NCBI GenBank assembly: GCA_051362555.1
Contig: CM120645.1
Location: 15,004,001-15,068,000, forward strand
Direction of reading: 5' to 3'
Length of the DNA stretch: 64,000 nucleotides
From: Lingula anatina
Taxonomy: Eukaryota > Animalia > Brachiopoda
Each line of letters begins with the position of its first letter. Position 1 is the stretch's first letter. A program made the translations under genes and the position numbers. The notes beneath the pieces were generated by a model that made no database searches, had not been told where the DNA came from, and saw nothing but the letters and a program-made list of their open reading frames with translations. This document shows, piece after piece, positions 23,753 through 35,879 of the stretch.

Positions 23753-26700
23753 TATTTTATGATGGTTCATCTGGTTTGCCTTTGTTGATATGTGACTTAT
23801 GCAATGTCATGAATAATTGAAGATTTTGTGTAGCATGGTATTGTGGTGGAAATGCTGTCATCAGATTAGTTTTCGAATCAGTCCAGTTAAAATTGTGGAA
23901 AGTTAGAAATTGAAGTCCAAGTATTTTTTTACTGAATTTAGGTAGCCATAATCAAAATTGAGTCATGGTAAGAATGAACTAGCTTGCTATAATGTAACAC
24001 TTTTAATTAACTTCAGCTAATAACTTGCATTTTTAAGAATATTATGTTCAGTTTTATGATATTAACAAATATACATTGGATTTAAACAAACATTGAATTT
24101 TAGAAAACGCTTGTATTTTGAATGTAATTGTAGTTTAAACTTGCACTCAGTATTTCCTAAACAGTTGGTGATTTAAGAAGGCGCATAGGTGTTTTAGAAT
24201 AAAAATTTTTAATTTTTTATCTTCATATTGTACACAGTGCTGAAAAGAATGTAAACTGTGGTTTTAAAGAACTGAATTGTGTAAGCAGTTGATCAGAACG
24301 ATTTTAGCTTTATCATATATCAGAATCTAAAATTTCATTTGATGCCAAATTGTATGGATACTTAGTCAATCACTAGTTACTAGAGCAGCTACAATAATAA
24401 ATGTTACCTTTTTGTCCAACATCGGAATTGAAGATGTTTACCATATTAATTGTGTTCTTGGAAAAATTGAGTATTGGGGCATGTTTCATTTGCTAGCTTT
24501 CATATAATTGTAATTGAACGGGATTTCAATTATGTCTTTTGACGTAAGTAATTTACAAAAGGTGTGTTTGTGCTCAGTAGCTAATTAACACATTTTGAGT
24601 GGCTGGCAAGATTAAAAACATCCTTTTTGGGATTATCATAATTCTCCTGCTGTGAGTATTCCAAAGTTATTTCAGAGGTTGTCAGCATTATCAGATTAAT
24701 ATAGGTGTTAATTGAGACTTCACAAATTAGCAAAATGACTGATGAAGCAGAATTTTCATACAATGCTGTCTGGCAAGAGAAAACCTAAATTGCTTCAGTC
24801 CATCTGATTAAAAGTTCGCAATGACTGTTAGAATCTTTTTCTGTAAGAATATATTGCCTGAATCCTGTTCTGAGTGTGTTTACAACTTTATTCAAATATC
24901 TCGTTAAGTAAAAGTGAATCACCATCCTGAAAGCCTGTTCCTAGAACTGTAGCTAGGATGAATCAGGCCGTTTGGTTGCTGCAGTGTATTGATTTTTGCA
25001 TTGGTCGCAGTGCATTCTGCCCAAGCATAATGTGTCATTTTAAGGACGAGTGCAGCAACACTTTTGTTTACATCCATATTTTTCCCCCATCAGATTAAAA
25101 AAAAAAAAACGGAAGGGCAAGGTGTCTTTAAAACCAGAAAGACAACATAAATAGAAAAATGAATTGAAGTCTGAGGTTGCACTGGTTTGACATACGGACA
25201 GAAAATATGTTGCTTCTATGCCCTTGTGAAATGTACCATGCATTGGAAAAAAATGGCTAATTTGTCTCTGGGGATTAAAGCTGCAGAATGTATGTTTTTA
25301 GCCCTTTGACATAATTTATTTAATTTGTCTGTTTTTATTATTTCTGAGAGGGGAGTTCTGGTTTTTACACCTCTCTGATGCATCTTTTACAATTCTTTGT
25401 TTGACAATAAAATTTTAATCATCTACTTTTCAGACAGTGTGTTGAATCATCATCATCATCAAACTATGAAGAGGCCCGCAAGGAAAAAGCTGAAACTTTA
25501 AAAGAACAGGTAAAGGCCCATTTCCTTAAAAGTCCCTTTGTTCACCTTGGTTTTAATCCTAAAGACAATTGGAGAGGCCCAGCCCAGAACACACAATAGA
25601 AATACATATACAGTTGCTGTACAACCAAATGTTGACCAGAAGCTGTTATAGTTCAGTTTTTCAGCGAGGTGATTTGTGTTGTTCAGATTCTGATCGAGGT
25701 GTGTTTCTATTGAAAGCTTTTCACTGTGTTAACGGGGTGAATGAATCATTGTTTACACTGAGTACCCACTCAGGTCAGCACTGAGTGGGCTTCATAGCCA
25801 ATCGGCTGTTGACCCAAACATTGAACAATAAAACCAAACACTGCTCAAAAATATTTAAAATGTTTCTCTTAAGGAAAACCAAATCTTGATATAATAAATG
25901 ATTGTCACATTTTCAATAAAATGGTGTGGAGATGATAACAAAGAAAAGGGACAAAGAGTTCAACACGCGACAAAGAGAACAGTGATTGTAATATCTTTAA
26001 GGTAAACCAACAAATAAAAGAAGCCAAGGACAAAGAGCAATAACGGCAGGGTTTTTTTGTAAGGTCTTTTGTAGTGGTGCTTTTGTGTGGAAGTGGAGTC
26101 CGATTCACTGCAGGCAGGTGTTCCGGAGGTCACGGAGTAAGGAGCGACAAGATATGATCCTCTTTCTAGATAGGGATCATGCAGGTTACAATAGTAAATG
26201 GACTGCACAGTTAACACAGTTGTGTGTTTACTGGACTTGGTGATATGAAACTGGGGGGCACCTGCCTTCATGTTAATTTTTGCTTCTGCTGAACAATTAC
26301 GGAATTTTAGAAAATTGAGTGGGAAGTCATGTTTTGCCTAATTTGGCCTTTTTTTTGTTCAGTTGTACGAAAAATGCTGCACTAAATTAAGTACAGTTTT
26401 GTTTAAAAAAAAATCTAATGCCTGTTTGTGAAGTAATTCTGCAAGCTCGTGTTTTTCAGCCCTTGTAAAGGATTTCTCTAAAGGGACATTCTTGTATTGA
26501 TTTTGTATTACTTGAGGATAGAGTTAAATGTTCGAGTATTACTGGTAAAAAATAGAAATAAATCATACAGAAGTTTTGTCTATTTTGTTTTTAGGATGAG
26601 AATACCTTAAGGTAATTCAAGTTAAAAATAACACTACATATGAAACTCAACCTTCAATTATAGCAAGTAGCAATTCATACCATGCTCATGATAAAATAAG

Positions 26701-29700
26701 TGGCTCATGTTTTTAGACACTTAATTGCCAACCTTAGAGGGCTTCTGTGGAAAAGATTGTTAAAAAGAAAAGATGGATCTCTACCATGTACCAGCTTGCT
26801 TTCTGTTCGTTTAAGGGGCTGTGAAATGTTGAGTTGTTTTCATATCACAGCCCGCTTTGACGAGCTAGAGGGGAAGACCTGACCAACACTATTTCTAGCT
26901 GATTCAAATGTCTGATCTGCCTTTCAAGGTAGACACCCAACAATCAAAATAAATAGTTCGTGATTGGATAAAAAGAATACTAAATCAATGCAATAAATAA
27001 AAAATATTATATGTATTTAGTTAGAAAAAATGTTCAGATTTGAAATAAATGTAAAATGGCACAAAAGGGCATAAGAAAAAGGTGGATGTATTGCCTTTTT
27101 TTTTTCTGGTTATACCAGAGAAACAAATGTTTGGTCCCATTGGCTCCCTGTAGTGAGATCAATCAGGCTTCTCTGAGAGTTATCATTGAACCATCCCATT
27201 TGCTGTGTTCCCATTGGACAGGCCATTCACCACACTACGTAATTCACAATTAAATCCCTTAAAAGCTGTGCTTATAAGAAAATGTCTTCCAAATACTCCA
27301 TGTCAGCAATGATTATTGCCACTTTTCCTTTAAAAAAAAAAAATGGAATTTCATCATTTGTGTGAGGGGGGTGGGGATATGGTAGGGAGGGGGGGTCGGG
27401 CTTCATATCTGTGATAAAGTTGATCACATTGTGAGATTCTGTCTGAAGGATTCGAACTTGGTTAGGAATATGTAACCATATTGTAAGGAGTAGATACTCT
27501 CTCTTCTCCAGTACCCTTCAACAGAAAATGGTGAAGAAACCATAAATCTGAACAGGCCTGGTTAATTAGTTCAAGAGTAGACCTAAAGAGTATTGAACTG
27601 TTGTTGAGCCAGCTCTATAATTCATTAAAGTCGTTGGGTTCTGCATTGGCTAGGCATTGATACAGATTGCCGACTTAAGCAGTTTACATATGGGTATTCA
27701 TATTTGATTATGTATCATTTTTAAATGCCATTTTGTTTATATTACATATGATGAATAAAAAGCTGTGTATATCATTACTATATTTAATTTCTTCTTTGTT
27801 TTTGTTTGGGATTCACTACTGCTGCTTCACTCCATGGTTTTTCATAGATTGTTTCTTTGATAAGTGGAATAAGAGTGGGTCATCACTAAGTGCCTTTTTT
27901 ACACTTCAAAGTAAATGCTTCAAGGATAGGCACAAAATTGCTAGGTGCAATTTATTGAGTTAAATGTCATAAATGATCTAACCTCTCCAAGGCCTTCGTT
28001 TCTCAGATGTTGGCTCTGAATGCGGAGGTGTCCTAACTCGGTTTGGCAGAGGTCGTAACCACCACAGTGACCCTGATTAAATCTTTGGCCTCCGAATGGA
28101 GACTAATAATAGCAGTAGGAGGGCCATAGCCCCGTGACCCTGGGAATTAATTATGGGACTCACCCGGGCAGAAAATGTATCTGCATTTCCCCATTTTCTC
28201 TTATACTAAATTTGCATTTATGTAGAGCAAAGCTGTTCCTGGCTCAGTTCCAGTGTGATGTCCCAGGCACTCTTCTTTCTCCTATCTCTTAGTCTGATTT
28301 AAGGGAATACATATCTCTGACACCATCTGATCTTTTGAAGGCAGAAATATGGATATTATTTTGTGCTCAGTGGAGACGGAGCCTGCTTCCCTACTAGTTT
28401 AGAATGCTATATTTAGAGTGAGCCAGATATATTTACATGTTTATTTTGGTAAAAACTCTGGAATGTCCTTGTTTACGGTTTATTTTTTGTTTTGACTTAT
28501 GAGTTGTCTAGGAGTAACAGCATTTTAAAAGGTGAAGGAGTTAAAATATTATCGTGGCTAAATTTAGATGTAAATAAGCAGTCATAAAGTCTTCTTTCTA
28601 AATATTCCCTGAATGATTATCACTCAAGTGTCAATGAAAATAAATGTGTCTGTCATTGAAAATAATGCCAAGGATCAGTCAAAACTGCAATTCAAAATTA
28701 ATTACCTCTGAAACAATCAAAATTGTTTCTCACTGTGCCAAGAGGAAATTTTTGCGGAACTCAGAAGATGACATTTAGAGTGCTAGTGTCCCCGTGGGCA
28801 TCAAGGGGGCTGTGATGTGTAGTCTATTGTTCATATCACAGCCCGCTTTGATGAGCTATGATGACACTTCAACGCCATTGCTGCCTATTGATCAAAAGTT
28901 CTACTTAGGATGATTTTGTTGGAAGGGGTATATTTTGATTTTAAAACTCATCTTAATATTATTGCCAATAAGGAAGAATTGTTTTTGTCCTGTAAGCAAT
29001 CTGTGGACTGTTGGATATTTTTGACTGGTCAGAAGTGTGATGTTCTTTACAGTTATGAAATACAGAACATTTTTAGTAGGGGATAAGGGGGGGTGGGGTT
29101 TGTTAGGGTGTGATGGAAAAAAATTGACGGGTTTGCTGATACCATGCAGTCCTCATCCATCAAAGTGGCTGTGAAGCAATGATATTGTCTACTGTTGTAT
29201 CACAGCCCCGCTTTGATGAGCTGAGATTCTGCAGTCGTTCTACCATAACCCAGAAATCCCTTTGTAGTCAGTAGTAGCTACCATCATTGAAATTCTAGAA
29301 AAAAGAAAGAATATTGTACATATTCTCTTTATTTTTCTCTTTTCTTGATAGCAGAACACTTGTTACTGGTCTGGTTAATGAAGTGTTGATTATGTAGTAC
29401 ATAAATATTATAATAGGATGGTTAGGCAGTTGATCTATTATATCTGGTATTTCTAGGGCAATTGTTATGGGGTTATAATCAATGAAATTCCATCAATATC
29501 ATGATGAAGTAGAATCTCATATGTTAGAAAAGAATGTTTTTTTTTCTTACCCAGTCGATGTTGAAGCTAAATTTTCCAGACAGTTCTGTATGTCATTTTG
29601 TCAGTTAAAAAGGGAAAAACCCGAATCAATTTTGTAATCCAAATTATGATAATAATCCTTGTTTTTACTCAGGGGCAGATCCAGAGATATTTTCTGATGG

Positions 29701-32700
29701 CCCTCCAAATTGTCTTTGTTGATCCATCCTCCATTTTTGACTGTCTTCTGGCAGAAAAAAAGAGATAGCTGTCAATTTAAACTATAAAATCTGACCGTCT
29801 TCCGGAAGACCAAGAAGAGGGTTTTAATCCGCCCCTGTTACTTTGGCTGTATTCCAGAGCTTTTAGATCGATCTATCCCCGTGGGGAGTCTCGCTAGATT
29901 ACTGTCAGATAATCCAGCTTAAATGTCTGTCCCGCCTACTGCAAACTGTAAGGGGGTGATTAACTTTCGTGTCCGCTCGGCTGACAGCTATTTAGCGTGA
30001 ACCCCCAGGGAGTTAGGTCGATCTAAAGTAGATCGATCTAATCTCTGGAAATGGGGTCTTAGACATCAGTCTGAGCTGGTGAAAATGTACAAAGATGAAT
30101 AACAATAATAATACATTTTAGGTTTAACAGTTATACATATCCACACATTATCCATCTCCTTAATGTAAGAAGTAGAAGAAAGCTGTGAAAGTAATAATTT
30201 ATAAACACCACAGTGTGAAAGGTGCTAATTTGACCCTTGCAGAGCACAGGTAACAGCAGTGTGATTTGTTTTGAGCATATGGACTTTGTCCTGCACAGTG
30301 GTTGAAGAAGCATAAACAGGTAGTGAAAGATGGTGAACATTGATAGGTTCCAGGTTCTTACACTTAAAGCCTAATGATATTAGCTAGATCAAGGGCAAGT
30401 GTGCTAGAGAAATATGAATATCTTCCTAACTGGAGTATGATAATCCTGCTATTAAAGCAAGGATGATAGAGGCCTCTTTCCCTATTGGATATCTTGGTCT
30501 AGTCCCCGGGGACTGCTGAACATATAGCATATCACCATTAGTATGGCTAATATGTTTTTGCTTAGGTTTCCTGGGCTATCCACTTTTCCTTAATGTCCTG
30601 GATTAATTCAGATCTGCAGCATTTGTTATTGTGCAACCATGCCATTTCAAGGGATTTCCCTTGAGACTGGGTTATAATAAGTTCTAGGCAATGTGATCTC
30701 AGTGAGTCACCTGTCCTTTGTATGCATATTAGCTGTGTTTTTCTATACAGAACTGGGGCAGCATTGGCTAGAAATGTGGGAGGTTTTTAAGTAGGGAAAA
30801 GGAAAATTTATGACTGATGGTTTACTAGAAGGTGGCTTGGTTCCAAGAAGTGGACTTTGAAGGTCAGTGATTTTTTTGGGCATTTGTGTATAAATGCTCT
30901 TTTCTGGGTCCGGTTTTTTGGGGAAAGTGTTTAAGAAAAAAACGTGACGGCTCCTAAGATGGGTAAAGATAAGTGAAATATGTTAATTGAAGGAAATTAG
31001 GTCTGCCTAGCAATCATTATAGTAAGAATGAATTTGCATCAACATAATTGAGTAACTGATCTACAATGAGAGTCATAGGAATGCTCTACGTAGGATTTAG
31101 ACTCGAAGTAAGAAGAAAAGAAAAGGTTACAGGAACATTTTAACTAGATTTAGCTTCAGAATTGCTATCAGCATCACTTTTATTAACAGCATATTCTTGC
31201 ATTTAATCATTCTTTTAATCTTTTTTTTGTGCTCTGCCAAATTTTGAATGACTTATTTTTAGGTGGTAGCACAGTAGTGTGTGGACAGTTCTCCATGGAG
31301 AGAAAGTGAAGTCTAAAAATTCTAGCCTGAAGGCAATTTACTGGGAGACCTACAGAGTATTTGCAGTCCTCTTCAAGAAATCAGTGCTTGGTTTTTATCA
31401 ATCCCAGAAAATTCTATTCAGCCTCTTGTGGTTAATTAAGGGAGTGAGGTCAGGGTTTCCATGGCAACATTTAAAAAGGAAATGGTTGGAATATTATAAC
31501 TGGTCTTGTGTGAGCAGTATATGGATTCTGGGGATGTTAGCTATGTGAATATTTGCTCATCTGTCTTCAGTTGAAAGAGAATTACACGGATTTGTACAAA
31601 AGATGCTGACATGTTTAATTGATTGATTTCTGTTTTATGTTTCATTCAGTCGGCTCTGTACCATAGCTGAATGCTAGCTGTGAATACGAAGCACAAACAA
31701 AGAACAGTGGGCCCCCTTTGTTAGCATTCCTGTCTGCTGACAACATGATTGCATTTTGATTTATAAGCATAACCCAATGGAGCTGAAAGTTCAAATTATG
31801 TATCCTAGCAACATTGAGGGAGTCATAACTGACCTTTATGTGGTATCCTAGCAACGGGGAGGGAGTCATAACTGACCTTTATGTTGATGTTAGTCTGGGA
31901 GGAAAGCAGGCGTGAAGTGTGTTGCCAGGAATGAGAGTTTTGTTGCCGAGTTTCAAGCAGTTGACCTTCTCTCGGAAGACGGGATTCCTCTCTCAGCCTC
32001 AGGCATGCCCTGACGCATGTGCCAAGCAGTACTTTCTTGCCTAAAGTTTATGTGGAATATTTCCCCGGGTGTAATGTCAGGGCTTACCCTAATCCCATCA
32101 CAGGTGCTGAGGCATATTACACGAGATGATATCATATAATTACACAGGCGGTCTGCCATGCTGGTAGTATGGCTGTATAATAGGGGTTTGGGTTTGAGTA
32201 GTGCCAAATAGGTGTCCTGTACAATTTTGACACAGCATTGAGCCAAATGCATCTGAAGGCTGGACCATTTTAACTGAAACAAATTATCCAGATGTTCTGC
32301 AGTTTTTTGAATGTCAATTTCCTTTGTGTACAGGTGTAAAATAATGTTAATGTTATCAAAAATGATCTGTCCAACACATTACCACGCATGGAAAATGTCA
32401 TGATGTGTTGACTGTGGTGAGGAATAGAGTTTGCACCAGATAAAAGAAAGGGAAATGAGAAGAGAGGGGAAAATCCCTGCATCTTTAGTAACCTAAAATA
32501 ACCCTTGGTCATAAATCAAGAATAAGGTTTACTACATGGATGGGATAAGAAATCTCTGAAGTACCTTTCACGCAATTTACCAAATAATCAATGAATACAT
32601 CCAAAACAGCTGCCTAGTATTTTTGGCAAACTATTGTTTTTTTCTAATGACATTTCACCATACACTCAATACGTGCTCACCTAACATTTTAATTATAGCT

Positions 32701-35700
32701 TTTTGAAGAATGCCTGAGGAGCAGATTGATGGCGGTGGTGAAACTTGTATCCATGCCAATAAAAGAGTGTTGAAAAAACACAAAGGAGATTTATTTATAG
32801 CGTGTATTGGTTTTTATTCTGGTTTTGCAAAGGAAGCAACTCTGTGACCGAGTCTGGTTACTGTGGTGGAGTGTGGTAGCATGCAGATTAGGTGTGGTGG
32901 GAAAGGGGGGGAATGGGTGCATAGTTTACGAGTTGTGAGGTTTGATTTTTCCAGCTATTTGCTGATTTGTGACTTTTTGGGAGTCAAAATTATCATTGTT
33001 GAGATCTGTGCAGGCTGCTTCCTGCTGGACCCCGTGCTATATTGTCAGACTTTTTCACTGAAGGCTGGTCTTGTCTTTGGACGTAGCTTGGGCTGGAATG
33101 GGAGGCAGAAGGTTGTGGTCAAAGGCACAATTGCTATAGTTGTTCAGGGATTGGGCACAACAGTAGTGAGGTCTTTTGAAGTGCCTGATGATTAACTGAG
33201 TTCACTGTTACACTGTGAATCTATCCTGTTTTGCCTGTCTTCCTCCAATGGACTTTTCCAACTTGCTTTCCCAATGTTGTTTTTTTTTTTCAAATGTAGA
33301 AATGTGGGGATTTTTTTTCTTATTTTGAAAATTTCAGGATTAGGGTAAGATAAGAAGATTGCCAGTGAGTGAAGATTGCGATTGCTGAGCTGAGTTTGTC
33401 AAAGCGGCTGTGATTTGGTTGAAATTGACACATATCACAGCCCGCTTTGACGAGCTTACAGCAACACAACACAACCACCTGAGCTAGGCTCCATAGACTC
33501 TTGCTCACCTGGAGTTTTTTTTTTTTAAAAAGAGAAGACATTTTGATTGAGATTTAACACATGGTGTAGAATATACTTGCTACAGCTAGTGTATAGCTAG
33601 TACTTTAAGAGGTTAAATGAAAGAAGTTAGATTGTAGTAGCTGATTTAATGGGAAAATGTGATTTTACTTATATTTATTATATGTATTTAGACGTTTGTC
33701 TTGTCATCATTTCAACACCTTCATATTAAAAAAAAACTTATTTACTAAACAAATGAGAGAATGGTGATAAAAAGGATATAGAAAAAAAAAACAGTTTGAA
33801 ATATTTTCATTATTCTTTAATGAAAGTTATATCTTAATCTCATAGGTAAATTTATCTTCTGTAAGCTTAGTAATCATGTAAACTGTTTGTCATTCCAGTT
33901 AGAAAGGCAGTCAGCATTGACTGGGGTTGTCTTCACTGATACAACATGTCACATCAAAACTTTAGGTAAGACAAGAAAGAAAAAAAATGAAATGATGAAA
34001 ATGTTTTGTTTGGAAGGGCATTATCCAGTCTGGTACATTTTCAACTTGGATGTCAGAAATGGAACTTCAGTTTTGAAATTTAATTACTATGTGAGAGGAT
34101 AGAAATGACTGTTCTCTCCATTCATTTTTTTTTTTAATTTATTACTTAGTATATTTTGATCATCAACTTAAAAATGACATTTTAAAATAAGAGCTGAAGA
34201 ATGCTAAGCTTTCTTAAAAGAAGCAAATGAGATAATGATTATCATGTAATAAATATTGTGTCTTGACTTACAGGTCCAAACAGAATTGAAAAGCAGCAGA
34301 AAATATCCGGGACGTGCTATGGCTTCACTTTCCAGTTGGAAGTAGATGTGTTGGAAACTTCAGTACGTATGATTGATTGATCCAATAGTTATACAAGATA
34401 AATACTTCAACTAATTAGTGTGAAGTATTTATTTAAATATAGATATTTTTGTTTATTCAGGCATCCATCTTTACTTTAGTGACAAAGATGTAAGATTACA
34501 TGTTTTGTTGAAGGCAAATGTGGTAAAATTTTGAGGCACTTTAAGTTATCCTAAAGAGTTTTTGTTCCAGGTTTCGGAAACAGAGAACAAGGCCTGTTTA
34601 ACAAGGTTGAAAATAAATGTTGACAAACAAGTTGCTAATGACTTGGTGGAATTTATAGACAAGTATGTATAACAAATAGAATTCAAGCTTGTATGGTAAA
34701 AAAAGGGAAGAAAAAAAATAGAAGCACAATTTTAATACCCTTAAAGGAGCAAAGGAATTGTGCATTCAAGCATCATTACAAATTGTGTAGCTAAAATATT
34801 ATGATTAAGAAAAAATTAAAACCAAAAAAATAATTGTTAATGGGCTAAATGAAATTATGTTGATCAGCAAAGAAAGTTTTTTTGTTTTTGTTGTTGTGAT
34901 AGCAAAATAAAGAACGAGGAAGTGCCATTTTATTCTCTTTACAGTGTTATTGAGAACAAGAACATTAGACGCTTCTTTTCTGGGTTCAGTGCCTTTTGCA
35001 AGTGGAGGACTGTAATGAAGAAGACATTCCATCATTTTCAGCAGAAGTACCCCGAGGCAGTCAGTCTGCCTCATGGGTCAGAGGGAGCTTACTTACAGTT
35101 TAGACACCCTGATGCTGCCGGGTAGTGTACTGAATATACTTAAATAGCCATTTTGGAAAAAAAAAATGAAATTGAGATTTTTTTTTTTTTTTTTGCAGTA
35201 TCTGTTCATTGACAAATGAAGAAATCAATCACTATGTGTGCCCATATTTGAAGAAATAAAAACAAACTTTTTTTTTTTTTTTTTTTACCTGACTGTTATA
35301 CGTAACATGTCATTTCTGTTCTTCTGTTAAAAACTGACAGTGGAAAATTTATCTTTAACTGCATGTAGACGGTTCTACTTGACGGATTGGTTGATGTATT
35401 TCAGAGCTGTGTGGACAGTGCGGTGCTTCCTTGACGTCACCCAGCATGGGACTGTTGACCCCGATATACAACTCTATGTCAAGTCCCCGAAGCAACGTGA
35501 GTACATTTGTTGGTAATTCATTTTAGAATTAGACTGCACATTCTGTTATCTGTACCACTAGATTCTCTCAGTTGCGTGGTTTTGATAGATGGTATTTGTT
35601 TTTCAGTCTATTCAGGTGGTTTCTGTCACACAAGTAGGATATTTAATTAATTTGTGGTTTAAGTGAATAATTTGAAAAAGATTAATTTCCTGTAGGCTGT

Positions 35701-35879
35701 TGATGTACTATGAATTATAAATAAATATAATTGAATAGTGATATTGGTATTTGGTTTCAGTGCTTGAGCTGGATGAAAAGAACACCCTTGCCTCGGCACC
35801 AGAGCAGTTTAACAAGATGGTGCACACTTTGGGACTGGAGAAATCACTGGACATTATGATACAAGCCACATGCTGCTGA
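21387..35879 (+). CDS. CENPP: Centromere protein P (CENP-O/P/Q/U complex subunit), ~344 aa, 10 exons
   Basis: Exons: 21387-21442, 22532-22694, 23036-23139, 25434-25509, 33899-33965, 34274-34362, 34571-34662, 34945-35121, 35405-35496, 35761-35879. All are in phase. The translation has SALTGV, ISGTCYGFTFQLEVDVLE, KKTFHHFQQKYPEAVSLPHG and LELDEKNTLASAPEQF..MV.TLGLE, matching human CENP-P motifs as I recall them (LSGNCHMVTFQLEFQILE, TFKHLKEKYPDAV, LELDKNRAIETAPLSF). Confidence 0.9.
26799..26875 (+). ncRNA. mir-2: miR-2 family precursor 1 (mature 3p ~26843-26866 UAUCACAGCCCGCUUUGACGAGCU)
   Basis: The 5' arm TTCGTTTAAGGGGCTGTGAAATG pairs with CATATCACAGCCCGCTTTGACGAG. miR-2 seed AUCACAG; CNNC (CAAC) ~18 nt downstream. 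Confidence 0.93.
28785..28868 (+). ncRNA. mir-2: miR-2 family precursor 2 (mature 3p ~28834-28857 UAUCACAGCCCGCUUUGAUGAGCU)
   Basis: 5' arm CATCAAGGGGGCTGTGATGTG; basal stem AGTGTC/GACACT; apical UGUG; CNNC ~16 nt downstream. Confidence 0.93.
29145..29233 (+). ncRNA. mir-2: miR-2 family precursor 3 (mature 3p ~29198-29222 UAUCACAGCCCCGCUUUGAUGAGCU)
   Basis: 5' arm CATCAAAGTGGCTGTGA; basal stem TGCAG/CTGCA; CNNC (CTAC) ~18 nt downstream. Confidence 0.92.
29670..29837. mobile_element. MITE with CAGGGGC termini and 5-bp TSD (inverted copy of the 8257-8424 family)
   Basis: CAGGGGCAGAT ... ATCCGCCCCTG flanked by TTACT/TTACT. Internal AAAATCTGACCGTCTTCCGGAAGACC is the reverse complement of the 8257 copy. 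Confidence 0.85.
29846..30059. mobile_element. MITE with TTCCAGAG..TAGATCGATCTA subterminal inverted repeats
   Basis: TTCCAGAGCTTTTAGATCGATCTA ... TAGATCGATCTAATCTCTGGAA; related to 13030-13307. Confidence 0.6.
33382..33464 (+). ncRNA. mir-2: miR-2 family precursor 4 (mature 3p ~33433-33456 UAUCACAGCCCGCUUUGACGAGCU)
   Basis: The 5' arm AGTTTGTCAAAGCGGCTGTGATTTG pairs with CATATCACAGCCCGCTTTGACGAGCT. Basal stem TTGCTG/CAGCAA; CNNC (CAAC) ~16 nt downstream. Confidence 0.93.

Noticed and set aside
31801-31883. ~43-bp direct duplication (similar ones at 13590-13690 and 35917-35960)
   Set aside because: Ordinary local slippage duplications.
33068-33132. Possible fifth miRNA hairpin
   Set aside because: Pairing relies on many G:U pairs and there is no known seed.
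25510-33898. Nested SLRP genes (OGN/OMD/ASPN/ECM2-like) or miR-71 in the large CENP-P intron
   Set aside because: No leucine-rich-repeat ORFs in the ORF track and no UGAAAGAC-type mature sequence seen by eye.
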